DNA from: Candidatus Saccharimonadota bacterium
GTDB taxonomy: Bacteria; Patescibacteriota; Saccharimonadia; Saccharimonadales; JACDBH01
Direction of reading: 5' to 3'
NCBI GenBank assembly: GCA_013694995.1
Contig: JACDBH010000004.1
Location: 60,828-124,827, forward strand
Length of the DNA stretch: 64,000 nucleotides
In this document: piece by piece, positions 1 through 9,512 of the stretch
Position numbering within the stretch: the stretch's first letter is position 1
Layout: the number at the start of each line of letters is the position of its first letter
Program-made: the position numbers and the translations under genes
The notes under the pieces: generated by a model
Database searches by the model: none
Told to the model about the DNA's origin: nothing
Seen by the model: the letters and a program-made list of their open reading frames with translations, nothing else

Positions 1-283
1 TTCCAAAGGTTCCAGTCGGCGCACTGCCACCAGTCAAACATGTAAAGGCAAAAGCTGCGGCGCTCATAGCGACGCTTGGGCTGGCAACTGTAACGCGGCT
101 GGCGTCTTTGATGTCTGTAGCCAATGTTCCGGCATTTATTGTCTGGGTAAGATTAGAGTTGCTGGCTGCATCAAGTGCCGGTGGATCTAAAGCCAAAATA
201 ACTGTGGTAGTAGCAATAAAAATAGCCGCGGCTATCAACCGCCATTGGCGAAACAACTGAAAAATCTGTTTATTTTTGTTCAT
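1..283 (-). CDS. Secreted hypothetical protein, N-terminal part only (3' end beyond window start)
   Basis: Reverse-complement ATG at 281-283 gives MNKNKQIFQLFRQWRLIAAAIFIATTTVILALDPPALDAASN..., a hydrophobic signal-like N-terminus. The reading frame stays open to position 1. Absent from the ORF track because it is incomplete. Confidence 0.45.
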   Translation of the reverse strand, partial: MNKNKQIFQLFRQWRLIAAAIFIATTTVILALDPPALDAASNSNLTQTINAGTLATDIKDASRVTVASPSVAMSAAAFAFTCLTGGSAPTGTFG

Positions 284-487
284 TTTGTTTTGAATGTTTT
301 TTTTGGTAGAACTCTGGTAGAAAATGTAACACACTTATGTTTTCAAGTGCAACCTTTTTTACCCAAGAAAAACAGATAGTTATGCACTGTTTTTTAAACC
401 GATATATCAAGTATGAGAGCAGAACTGGTATTTAACATCGGTGGAACCATAGAATTATCAATCGGTTGTATGTTACCCTGTACAGGC

Positions 488-1300
488 ATGAAACTACTTA
501 ATGGCTCGGAACTAGCTGGATTTATCAAAGCTCGGCAGGCTCAGCAAGTGCGGACACTGCGCCACTCTCACAATATAAATCCCAAATTGTCAATAATTGT
601 TACCATTGACCATCCAGTGATTGATGTTTATGTCCGGCTTAAGAAACAATACGGCAGCGAAATACAGGTAGACGTTGATGTCTACAAAGTAGATCAAGCT
701 GAAGTTCCGGAACTACTAGGGCGACTCAATAGCGACAACACGGTGCACGGCATAATTACCCAGCTGCCTTTAAAAGACCCCTCTAAAACCGATGAAATAG
801 TGAACATGGTTGTTGCTAGTAAAGATGTCGATGCTTTAGGGTCTGATGCAGACTTTGATCCGGCGACGCCGATGGCGATAATGTGGTTGCTTGCCGGTTA
901 CAATGTGGAGCTACGCGGCAAACATATCTTGCTGATTGGACGGGGCAAACTAGTGGGTGTACCACTTGAAAAGTTACTAAAAAACTCAGGCCTCGAAGTG
1001 GTTGTTGCTGACCGGAGCACACCGGACCTAAAAACCGAAGCCTTAAGGGCGGATATTATCATAACCGCTGCCGGCAGTCCGGCAATCCTGTTCTCTAATA
1101 TGGTAAAACAGGGAGCGGTTGTTGTTGATGCCGGGGTTGCAAGTGAAGATGGCAAAACAGTCGGTGATGTCGCACCAGAACTCTATGAGCGTGATGATTT
1201 GACGCTAACGCCGGCCAAAGGAGGGGTTGGACCACTGACCGTCTGCGCGCTTTTCGATAATGTAATTCGTGCTGCCCGTCAGAATGCAGGGGAAGTATGA
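488..1300 (+). CDS. folD: Bifunctional methylenetetrahydrofolate dehydrogenase/cyclohydrolase
   Basis: ORF 413-1300. The internal Met at 488 gives the typical FolD N-terminus MKLLNGSELAGFIK. GIITQLPL and DVDALG motifs and the Rossmann segment LLIGRGKLVG are present. Confidence 0.85.
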   Translation: MKLLNGSELAGFIKARQAQQVRTLRHSHNINPKLSIIVTIDHPVIDVYVRLKKQYGSEIQVDVDVYKVDQAEVPELLGRLNSDNTVHGIITQLPLKDPSKTDEIVNMVVASKDVDALGSDADFDPATPMAIMWLLAGYNVELRGKHILLIGRGKLVGVPLEKLLKNSGLEVVVADRSTPDLKTEALRADIIITAAGSPAILFSNMVKQGAVVVDAGVASEDGKTVGDVAPELYERDDLTLTPAKGGVGPLTVCALFDNVIRAARQNAGEV

Positions 1301-1944
1301 AAATCGGGGTGTTTGACTCCGGAGTAGGGGGCCTATCAGTTGCCGGGGCAATTCAGAAAGCCTTGCCTGAACATGAAATAGTTCTTCGGGAGGATAAGGC
1401 GAATCTTCCGTATGGGACAAAATCGCCTGAACAACTTCTCGTTTTAGTAATGCCGATCATGCAAGGGATGGCAGCAGAAGGCTGCAAGGTTATTGTCGTA
1501 GCTTGCAATACCGTTACGACCAGCATTATCGAAGAACTCCGCACGCATGTAGCCGTGCCATTACTGGGCATGGAACCTATGGTTCAACCGGCTTCCATGC
1601 TGACGAAAACGGGTACGATTGCCGTCTTTGCCACGCCTACAACTTTACGCAGCACACGTTATAATTGGCTTAAAAGTATTTATTGCGAAAACATCGCAGT
1701 TATTGAACCCGATTGTAGCACTTGGTCTAAAATGGTAGAGGACGCTGTAGTTGATAGAAAACAGATAGAGAAGAATGTCCAGGAAGCTTTAGACAGCAAT
1801 GCTGATGTCATTGTGCTTGGGTGCACGCACTATCACTGGATTGAGGACCTAATAAAGGAAATAGCAAATAATAAAGCTGAAGTTATCCAACCGGAGCAAC
1901 CAGTGATAGCAGAACTTAAACGAGTGCTTGCACAGCTAAGTTAA
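1297..1944 (+). CDS. murI: Glutamate racemase (short form, 215 aa)
   Basis: N-terminus MKIGVFDSGVGGLSV. Both catalytic Cys motifs are present (VVACNT and GCTHY). Overlaps the folD stop by 4 nt. Confidence 0.8.
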   Translation: MKIGVFDSGVGGLSVAGAIQKALPEHEIVLREDKANLPYGTKSPEQLLVLVMPIMQGMAAEGCKVIVVACNTVTTSIIEELRTHVAVPLLGMEPMVQPASMLTKTGTIAVFATPTTLRSTRYNWLKSIYCENIAVIEPDCSTWSKMVEDAVVDRKQIEKNVQEALDSNADVIVLGCTHYHWIEDLIKEIANNKAEVIQPEQPVIAELKRVLAQLS

Positions 1945-3244
1945 ACTGGTCACCGCGGTCTTTGTAATCTTTAAACATATCGAAACTGGCACAGCCGGTT
2001 GAAAGTAAAACTACATCACCAGGTTCAGAAAGGGCTTGTGCTTTATGAACGATTTTAGCCATTGAATCCAGATTATTGGTTGTTATAGGGGTAAGGCCTT
2101 TTTGGCGTATTAAATCTGAAATAACTGGACCCATCTGTCCGATAGCAAGTATATGTTTCACATTCGAATCAGCAATTATAGCGGCCAAATCATCGAACAC
2201 TATACCCTTATCGCTGCCGCCTACTATAACTATCTTGGGCTGCTCAAATGCTTGAATAGCCGCAATGGCAGTCTCGGGCGTAGTCGAAAACGAATCATTA
2301 TAATATTTTACATCGTTTAATTCACGGATTAACTCCATACGGTATGGAAGTCCGGCAAAACTACTAACGACAGAACGTATAGCCTTAATATTCCCGTCAA
2401 TTACATTCCAGGTAGCTGCTATGGCAGCGCAAACATTCTCCAAGTTATGCCTACCAAGCAGTTTGACTTCACTAGTCTTACAGATTTCCATCGCCCTGTA
2501 ATAGATTGTGTCGCCGTCAACATAAGCTGTAGATTGCTTAGTGGGATGAGTGCCAGCTGCCGGAACCTCATAAGAAAGCTTAGTCGCAGCAAGAGAGGCA
2601 GCCACTATTTCCTTACTTGAACTGCTCAGTGCATTAAATATTGCGAAATCGTCGCTATTTTGATATCTAAACATATTAGCTTTAGCTTGCTTGTAGTCCT
2701 CGTAATCGCTGTGCCAATTCAGGTGTTCTGGCACTACCATGAGACAGACGGTAATATGCGGAGAATGCTTTAAGTCGTAAAGCTGGAAACTGGATAACTC
2801 CAGCACTACAACATCATATGATTTAGATTCTTCTAGTATATCTAGTGCAGGTACACCTATATTGCCCGCAAGCAATGATTTTTTACCCGATGTCTCCAAA
2901 AACCTATGGATTAATGTACTAGTTGTACCTTTGCCCTTAGTGCCCGTGACACCAATTACCGGAGTCGAGCAGTTTTCGAAAAACAAATTAATGGCAGTCG
3001 TAATCCTGTCTTTCACAATAGGATTTTTTTCAAGGATAACTTTTGGATGCATGCCTACCGTTCGTACAATCAAATCAAAACCATCTAAATTATTGAGATA
3101 ATCTACTCCAAGCTGCGTATTCACCCCTTCGGGTACAGATACTGACTTATTTTCATCGCAGATAGTGATATCAGCTTTCTGATCAACGAAAAAACGGTAA
3201 ACAGCTTGGTTTTCCACCCCGTAGCCGACAATTGCAACCTTCAT
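1916..3244 (-). CDS. murD: UDP-N-acetylmuramoylalanine--D-glutamate ligase
   Basis: Mur ligase P-loop GVTGTKGKGTTSTLI and Mur ligase middle/C-terminal domains. N-terminus MKVAIVGYGVENQA. Converges on murI with a 29-nt overlap. Confidence 0.85.
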   Translation of the reverse strand: MKVAIVGYGVENQAVYRFFVDQKADITICDENKSVSVPEGVNTQLGVDYLNNLDGFDLIVRTVGMHPKVILEKNPIVKDRITTAINLFFENCSTPVIGVTGTKGKGTTSTLIHRFLETSGKKSLLAGNIGVPALDILEESKSYDVVVLELSSFQLYDLKHSPHITVCLMVVPEHLNWHSDYEDYKQAKANMFRYQNSDDFAIFNALSSSSKEIVAASLAATKLSYEVPAAGTHPTKQSTAYVDGDTIYYRAMEICKTSEVKLLGRHNLENVCAAIAATWNVIDGNIKAIRSVVSSFAGLPYRMELIRELNDVKYYNDSFSTTPETAIAAIQAFEQPKIVIVGGSDKGIVFDDLAAIIADSNVKHILAIGQMGPVISDLIRQKGLTPITTNNLDSMAKIVHKAQALSEPGDVVLLSTGCASFDMFKDYKDRGDQFNLAVQALV

Positions 3245-3245
3245 G

Positions 3246-3617
3246 CTACAAGGATAGCTGTTTTTTGACTAATTCCGCAACTTGTCGTGGAGTCATATCG
3301 GCCTTAACTATAAAAGCGCTGACAGAGAGTGTCTTAATTATTTCGGGTGCTTCTTGCTCGCCCATGTTAGTCAGAATTATGACTTTGAGGTTTTTGCCCC
3401 AATCTTTTTTGCGTAGTTCGGTAAGCATCACGTCGCCGTTCATCTGGGGCATCATGAGATCTAAAAGCACAATATCAGGTCGTATATTTTCTATCAGTTC
3501 CAAGCCGGTTAAGCCGTTATCAGCTGTTTCGACTATAAAACCTTCGGCTTCGAATTTAATACGATACATCTGTGAGATCGCAACATCGTCTTCAATAATC
3601 GCAATTTTTGTCGCCAT
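3246..3617 (-). CDS. Stand-alone response-regulator receiver protein (CheY-like)
   Basis: ORF 3246-3725. The likely start is the internal Met at 3617, giving MATKIAIIEDD..DIVLLDLMMP... with the phospho-acceptor Asp and a conserved Lys in the KVIILT context. Single receiver domain with no output domain. Confidence 0.75.
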   Translation of the reverse strand: MATKIAIIEDDVAISQMYRIKFEAEGFIVETADNGLTGLELIENIRPDIVLLDLMMPQMNGDVMLTELRKKDWGKNLKVIILTNMGEQEAPEIIKTLSVSAFIVKADMTPRQVAELVKKQLSL

Positions 3618-3676
3618 AATATTAAAATTATACATGTGAGCCAATGTATTTATACTATTTACAAAAATGAAAAAAA

Positions 3677-4675
3677 GTGTATAATAAAATAATAATGCCA
3701 GACCTTGGAACCGACAACTTTTCACATAATGAGTTATACTCTTCCTCTATTTCTAATTTCGTTAATCTAGAATCAGATCAAACTGAAGACTTGAATTGTG
3801 AAGAGATAACTAGGGCAGAAGTTTTATCAAAAGGTTTACTGGGCCGAGTCGGTGAAGACATGGCCACACTTTATAACGAAGGTACAGAAAAAGGACACCG
3901 TCTAAAGAGAATAAGCGCTTTTATGCTGGGAGCGGGTACACAGGGAATTGATAGGCTGCGTGGAGTCGTCATTGTATTACCTGCAGTTTTTGACGAAACT
4001 CTCGAATATGCTTACAACCATGCATATAACGGCTATGAAACGGCTGGCATATCCGGAGCGGCTGTAGGTGCAACCTTTGGAGCATGGAGTTGGGCCGTTG
4101 GTAAGTCATTTCACACATCAATAAATGCTTTTCCTGCCACTACAAAAAAAGTAACCGAAAACCACCCCCTTATGGTTGACGTTATAAAAGGTGCCGTTGG
4201 CGGATTTATGAGTGATGAGAAGTTAAAGACTAAGGATACGGGCCACACCGAGAACGATTACGAAGTTGGCCCATATGAAGCGCGTAGCAGCAAGCTGGGG
4301 AAGGCAGTGCTTGCTATAAGCCGAGGCTATAGAGCGGCGCTGCTCTACGGCACGACCGCATATGTAGGGGTAGCAAAAACCAAAGGATATTCCGATGAAT
4401 CGATTGAAAAATTGCGCCGTACAGTGACAACTGAATCGGCGGTGGCAATGGGTGGCATTGCTGTCGGTGTGAGCGCAGCAGTTACTAATAATTTCTTTGG
4501 GGTAGCAGAGAATATACGTGACACTCTAACTAACAAGCCTTTTTGGCTATTAGTTAGTGGTGCTTTAATAGGTATATCGACAGCGGGAAACTGGATATCA
4601 AGAAAAAATAAGCAAAAAGCACTGAATCTACAACAGGATGAGCAAATAGTAACAGAGAGTGCAATCACAGAATAA
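3677..4675 (+). CDS. Hypothetical Gly/Ala-rich polytopic membrane protein
   Basis: 332-aa ORF with several hydrophobic Gly/Ala-rich segments (GISGAAVGATFGAWSWAVG, AVAMGGIAVGVSAAV, FWLLVSGALIGISTAG). No recognisable family. Confidence 0.5.
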   Translation: MYNKIIMPDLGTDNFSHNELYSSSISNFVNLESDQTEDLNCEEITRAEVLSKGLLGRVGEDMATLYNEGTEKGHRLKRISAFMLGAGTQGIDRLRGVVIVLPAVFDETLEYAYNHAYNGYETAGISGAAVGATFGAWSWAVGKSFHTSINAFPATTKKVTENHPLMVDVIKGAVGGFMSDEKLKTKDTGHTENDYEVGPYEARSSKLGKAVLAISRGYRAALLYGTTAYVGVAKTKGYSDESIEKLRRTVTTESAVAMGGIAVGVSAAVTNNFFGVAENIRDTLTNKPFWLLVSGALIGISTAGNWISRKNKQKALNLQQDEQIVTESAITE

Positions 4676-4676
4676 A

Positions 4677-5048
4677 CTAAGTAAGAAGGCCATGAACTAT
4701 AGACGCGAGTTGCGTAGGGGTTGTGTGGGCCTTAAGCACGTAAGATTCTATGCGCATAAAGCGTAGTTCGTGAGGAGCCTCGGCTTTATTGACATTTGTA
4801 AGTACGACGATTGGCAAATGAGCAAACTTCTGCTCAGCCCTAAGTTTACTTATCAAAGCAACACCATCCATTACAGGCATAAAAAGGTCTACTAATATAA
4901 GATCTGGGGTAAGTTTGTAGCATTCATTTAGGCCTTCCTGGCCATTTTCGGCCGTTCTTACATCAAACCCTTTGGCACGCAATTTAAATGCATACAGGTA
5001 TAAAATGTCCTTGTCATCTTCTACGATTAATATATTTTTATTTTTCAT
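4677..5048 (-). CDS. Stand-alone response-regulator receiver protein (CheY-like)
   Basis: MKNKNILIVEDDKDIL...DLILVDLFMPVMDG...PIVVLTNV... is a canonical REC domain. 123 aa with no output domain. Confidence 0.8.
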   Translation of the reverse strand: MKNKNILIVEDDKDILYLYAFKLRAKGFDVRTAENGQEGLNECYKLTPDLILVDLFMPVMDGVALISKLRAEQKFAHLPIVVLTNVNKAEAPHELRFMRIESYVLKAHTTPTQLASIVHGLLT

Positions 5049-5211
5049 AAACGTGTTGACGTAGCTGTAACCTCTATACTACACTATTATTGTTATTGCA
5101 CTTTAGCTTATTAATAAACTCTTTCATGGGGCAGAAGTCATCGTGGAAGAGTTTTATTTTTATAAAAAGTACTTGATAAATAAACAAATAAATGTTATTA
5201 TAAAATAATCA

Positions 5212-6072
5212 ATGACAATGCAAGCGTTCAATTATAGTGAAAGTGATTCCAGGTACATTTCCGATCTGCTTATTAGTGGTGTCGATGGCCGTTATAATCT
5301 ATCTATAGATAATATGCTAGAACTTGAAAGTGATTTAATTGGTCGCTTTAAAGAAATTTTGCCAGAGCAAAAAGGTGTCGTTGTATTTTCAATAGGTCCC
5401 GAAAGCCAGTATGCTGATTTTGCACGTACTTCTGAGACCTTGGCTTTTCCGGGGTATGACTCTGCCGTTGCAATGGAGGCGCATGAAGATCGTTCAAGGT
5501 TTATTTATACTGTTAATCTTGATGAGAAGAAGATAGCCCATGCTAAGAGACTTGTAATTGCCCATAAGTACTCTCCTTTTTTGGTGGAAGCTCTAGGTAC
5601 TGGGATTGAAACAATTGATGATCGTTTAAGCAGCACAATAGGCCAGGAAGCGGGTACGCTTAGCCAAATCGCAGGGCAGCATGGTATAAAAGATTTTTCT
5701 AAATGTATGAACGTAACCTCTAATATAACTGTACCTGGGATGAACTCATCGATCAGAAATCCTTATACACTTATAAGCTATAAGGCGGTTTTTGAGATCG
5801 GTAATCAAAATAATATCACTCATCTCTTCGCATATCTCAATCAAGAAGCGACCCAATCACTGGGTAAACTGGGTGTAAGATTTGAGCCTTTAGCCGGCCA
5901 GGAGTTTCATTTGCCGAATCCGACTAAGAATGGTGAATATGATGAACACTACATCGCTGTTTGTCTACCTTACGACAAAGGGAATACTGAAGCTTTCACA
6001 TCTATTAATCCAGAGTTTCCATTACGAAAACTAATTGCGAATCGTGAAGTTCCTATTTTTGAAGTAGATTAG
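5212..6072 (+). CDS. Hypothetical protein
   Basis: 286-aa ORF lying between a response regulator and the histidine kinase. No recognisable motifs. Confidence 0.45.
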   Translation: MTMQAFNYSESDSRYISDLLISGVDGRYNLSIDNMLELESDLIGRFKEILPEQKGVVVFSIGPESQYADFARTSETLAFPGYDSAVAMEAHEDRSRFIYTVNLDEKKIAHAKRLVIAHKYSPFLVEALGTGIETIDDRLSSTIGQEAGTLSQIAGQHGIKDFSKCMNVTSNITVPGMNSSIRNPYTLISYKAVFEIGNQNNITHLFAYLNQEATQSLGKLGVRFEPLAGQEFHLPNPTKNGEYDEHYIAVCLPYDKGNTEAFTSINPEFPLRKLIANREVPIFEVD

Positions 6073-6131
6073 CACTGACTAATTATCAGTTGCCTTTGCC
6101 CAAGAAGCATAAGAAGTTTACAATCTAGTTT

Positions 6132-8309
6132 ATGAAGTATGCTGCACTGCTAATTCTTGCATTCCTGCAGGTCTTGTTAAGCATTACATTAAGTTATAAA
6201 AAACAATCCCGCACAAGTAGATGGTTTACTATTTTTACTATTACTCTAGGCGTTTGGACATTTTTTAACGTTTTATTGGACTATAACCAATATCAGGCTA
6301 GGAGCAGCGTCGAGCTACTTAGTTTATTAAATAATCTAGGATTCTTTACTGGCTCACTAGCTTTATTATGTGTTTACAGACTTACACTTATCTTTCCATT
6401 AGTTAGGAAACCCGATAAACAATCAAAGCTAATTACATTTGTAGGTTTACTACTACCCTTTGTAACACTAAATAGTGCCGTATCGGGTTCGTTTTCTTAC
6501 GACTCACCAGGCCAAACAGCAACTTATATATATGGAAAATACGTTTTTATAGTGGGACTATTTTCACTGATTGTTGTAGGCTTATGTTTAATAAATGTTT
6601 TCAGGGTTTATAAAAGAAGTGTCGATCTAAATACCAAACGACAAGCCACCACGTTATTTACGGGCATGCTAGCAACAGTGATATTTGCTATCATTTTTAT
6701 AACAATTATTCCTGCTCTAATTCCATCACAAGAGCAGTTGGTATTTATTGGTTACTTTGCACCATATATTTTTACGGGAGTTTTACTCTATAGTATATTC
6801 CGCCAAAGGTTTTTAAACTTTAGATCGATTGTCGCTCGTTCAGTCGCCTATATATCGTCATTAGGTATAATGAGCGCTTTATATGTATTTGTCGTTTTTT
6901 ATCTGATAAACAAAGTGTTCTTTCATGACGATCCAGTAAGTTTAAGACAGGGATTTGCTTTTGTACTAGTTGCAATGTTTCTGGCTCTTACTTTTTCCAA
7001 AATTCAGAAATTCTTTGATAAAGTTTCTAACAAATTATTTTTCCGAGATGCTTATGATTCTCAAGTTTTCATAGATAAACTAAATAGTATACTGGTCGGA
7101 ACAATTGACGTTGGAGCAATCGGTAAAAAATCAGCAGAACTGATAGAGAATACTCTTCAGGCCAGTTTTGTTCAGTTTTTATTAGCAGAAAAGGAAGGGG
7201 TAGTACATCGTTATATTGGCTCAAGTAAGAATTCCCTAGATAATGACATCAAGAGCGTTGTGATTGAAAATTTTAATTCTTCAAATATTAAGGTGAGTCT
7301 CATAGAAGAAGCTGCGCTTAATAATAAAAAGCTGTATACCCTACTTGATAAGAATGATATATCGGTAATTGTAAAACTAGTAACTAGGCAGCAGAAAATT
7401 GGGTTTTTATTGTTAGGTGGTAAAAAAAGCGGAAACGGATATAATGCTCAAGATTTACAGTTGTTTGGCATTATTGCTGATCAACTAGCTATAGCAATAC
7501 AAAATGCTTTGAGGTTTGAAGAGATTGCAACATTTAACATTACACTGCAACAAAAAGTCACGGATGCAACGAAAGAGTTACGTAAGACGAACGAGAAGCT
7601 GAAGGCTCTCGATGAAGCCAAGGACGAATTCATTAGCATGGCTTCGCACCAGCTACGGACGCCGCTGACGAGCGTTAAGGGCTATGTGAGCATGGTGCTC
7701 GAGGGCGATGCGGGTAAGCTTAACGAACAGCAGGAGAAGTTACTCAACCAGGCGTTTACAAGTTCGCAGCGTATGGTCTATTTAATAGCTGATCTTTTGA
7801 ATGTGTCGCGGCTGAGAACAGGCAAATTCGTAATCGAAGCCAAGCCGACGGACTTGCCGGAAGTCATAGAAGGCGAGATACAACAACTGAAAGAGACTGC
7901 CAAGGCCCGTGGACTTGAACTGACTTATAGTAAACCATCGTCATTCCCAATGCTCAAACTTGACGAAACTAAGATCCGTCAGGTAGTTATGAACTTTGTA
8001 GATAACGCCATTTATTACACCCCAACTGGCGGTCATATTGCAGTTAACCTTACGCATACCGATAAATCCGTTGAGTTTACCGTAGTTGATAACGGACTTG
8101 GCGTGCCTAAAGACGAACAGCATCATCTATTCAGTAAGTTTTACCGAGCCGATAATGCCAAGAAGGCCCGGCCGGACGGCACGGGGCTGGGGCTTTTTAT
8201 GGCACGCAAAGTCGTTATAGCCCAAGGCGGTGCAATTATCTTTGAGAGTCAAGAAGGCAAGGGCAGTACCTTTGGCTTTACATTTCCAAGGCATGGGCTT
8301 GAGGCATAA
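6132..8309 (+). CDS. Sensor histidine kinase with a multi-TM (about 7 helix) N-terminal sensor
   Basis: N-terminal ~280 aa contain about seven hydrophobic helices. A coiled-coil precedes the HisKA H-box EFISMASHQLRTPLTSVKGY. HATPase_c N/G boxes are present (VDNAIYYT, DNGLGV, GTGLGLFMARKVV). Confidence 0.85.
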   Translation: MKYAALLILAFLQVLLSITLSYKKQSRTSRWFTIFTITLGVWTFFNVLLDYNQYQARSSVELLSLLNNLGFFTGSLALLCVYRLTLIFPLVRKPDKQSKLITFVGLLLPFVTLNSAVSGSFSYDSPGQTATYIYGKYVFIVGLFSLIVVGLCLINVFRVYKRSVDLNTKRQATTLFTGMLATVIFAIIFITIIPALIPSQEQLVFIGYFAPYIFTGVLLYSIFRQRFLNFRSIVARSVAYISSLGIMSALYVFVVFYLINKVFFHDDPVSLRQGFAFVLVAMFLALTFSKIQKFFDKVSNKLFFRDAYDSQVFIDKLNSILVGTIDVGAIGKKSAELIENTLQASFVQFLLAEKEGVVHRYIGSSKNSLDNDIKSVVIENFNSSNIKVSLIEEAALNNKKLYTLLDKNDISVIVKLVTRQQKIGFLLLGGKKSGNGYNAQDLQLFGIIADQLAIAIQNALRFEEIATFNITLQQKVTDATKELRKTNEKLKALDEAKDEFISMASHQLRTPLTSVKGYVSMVLEGDAGKLNEQQEKLLNQAFTSSQRMVYLIADLLNVSRLRTGKFVIEAKPTDLPEVIEGEIQQLKETAKARGLELTYSKPSSFPMLKLDETKIRQVVMNFVDNAIYYTPTGGHIAVNLTHTDKSVEFTVVDNGLGVPKDEQHHLFSKFYRADNAKKARPDGTGLGLFMARKVVIAQGGAIIFESQEGKGSTFGFTFPRHGLEA

Positions 8310-8986
8310 AAATCTATCAAAAGAACTTGCAAACGTAAGCACAATTAGTGCATAATATATTGACTTTAATCCCCTGTTGTGGTAGAATAGGTACATCATC
8401 CTCCTGAGGTGGGAAATCCTTTAGGGCGAGAGGTGCGAACGGAGACAATGAGAGGCAACAGTCAGGCGCCATCAAAAGGCGTTCTTTGTGCTGTTTAAGA
8501 CCATATACTTGCAAAGCTCCTATTAACAAGTCGAATCATTACAGTTCATTATTTGTTCTTGGAACTGTATCAGTGCAGATTAATATTCCCATCTGTTAGC
8601 TAGCCATCTAATGCTAGCTAAAGCGGAGCAATTAGTTTCCGGTATGCTCTTATCATTACCAGCAGTACCAGCTAGCGCTCCACGGTAGTACGGGAGTAGT
8701 AATCTGCACCTGATGCAGCGTCGTAGTCCAATATTTTAGGCAGTAATGCCTGGGATACGGATTCCGCTTTCCAAGGCAGAATATGACTACACAAATTCTA
8801 TATATTTCAACACTATATTTTCTTCTTTTCTTATGTGGAATGGAATAGCATCATGCTGACAATTATTTGCCGGTATTGTGCTGTTCCAGTCCCGTGAGGG
8901 GTAACACTGTAACATGCCGCTTGTTCGCGTTTGCGATCAAGTGTCAGACCACAAACCCCTCACACGAGGGAAGGAGAGTTAGTACC

Positions 8987-9475
8987 ATGACAACCCCACA
9001 GTCCCGGATCCCTACGATTGCAGGCCAGCTGCGCGAAGAAGGCAAGCGAATGAAGCAGGCCAGCAAGCAGCGCGCTCAAATGCTTCGTGAATTGGACGAG
9101 GAGGAGGAGAGCATCATGCTCGCCACCGCGGCCATCATGCAGGAGCAGGAGGACAAGCGGCGGGAGATGCAGCAACAGCAGGCACGGCACGAAGAAGTGT
9201 TCGGCCGAGTGCGACAGCTGCGGACCCCCGCAACCCCGACGCCAACGCTGGCGGCTCAGCCTGACCCCGTCCCCGTGATGGTCGTCGAGCAGACGCCGCC
9301 CAACCAGCCCGCTCCCGCACCCGCGGCAGCGACGAGCCCAACACCAGCAACCGCTGACGCCACCACGGTCGTTCCGGCACAACCGGCAACGTCCCCGACG
9401 AGCACGTCCACATCCAAGGCCCCTCTGAGCAAGCGCATCGGCGCCAAACTCAAGGACATTTGGAGAGAAGACTGA
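8987..9475 (+). CDS. Hypothetical coiled-coil / Pro-Thr-Ala-rich protein within the high-GC island
   Basis: ATG at 8987 is preceded by the strong SD GGAAGGAGAG. N-terminal charged coiled-coil-like segment (EEEESIML..QEQEDKRREMQQQQ), then a P/T/A low-complexity tail. GC3-rich codons. Track ORF 8867-9475 trimmed to the RBS-supported start. Confidence 0.5.
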   Translation: MTTPQSRIPTIAGQLREEGKRMKQASKQRAQMLRELDEEEESIMLATAAIMQEQEDKRREMQQQQARHEEVFGRVRQLRTPATPTPTLAAQPDPVPVMVVEQTPPNQPAPAPAAATSPTPATADATTVVPAQPATSPTSTSTSKAPLSKRIGAKLKDIWRED

Positions 9476-9512
9476 ATAAGCCCACCACCAAAAGAAAAGG
9501 AGGTGATCCAGT

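Noticed and set aside
3232-3639. 135-aa plus-strand ORF overlapping the response-regulator gene
   Set aside because: It is antisense to a well-supported REC-domain gene, and its product is low-complexity Ser/Ile-rich.
8400-8860. RNase P RNA / SRP RNA / 6S RNA in the non-coding region upstream of the GC island
   Set aside because: The conserved P4 (GGAAAGTCCGG...ACAGAACCCGGCTTA) or SRP domain IV motifs could not be found by eye. Left as an unassigned structured region.
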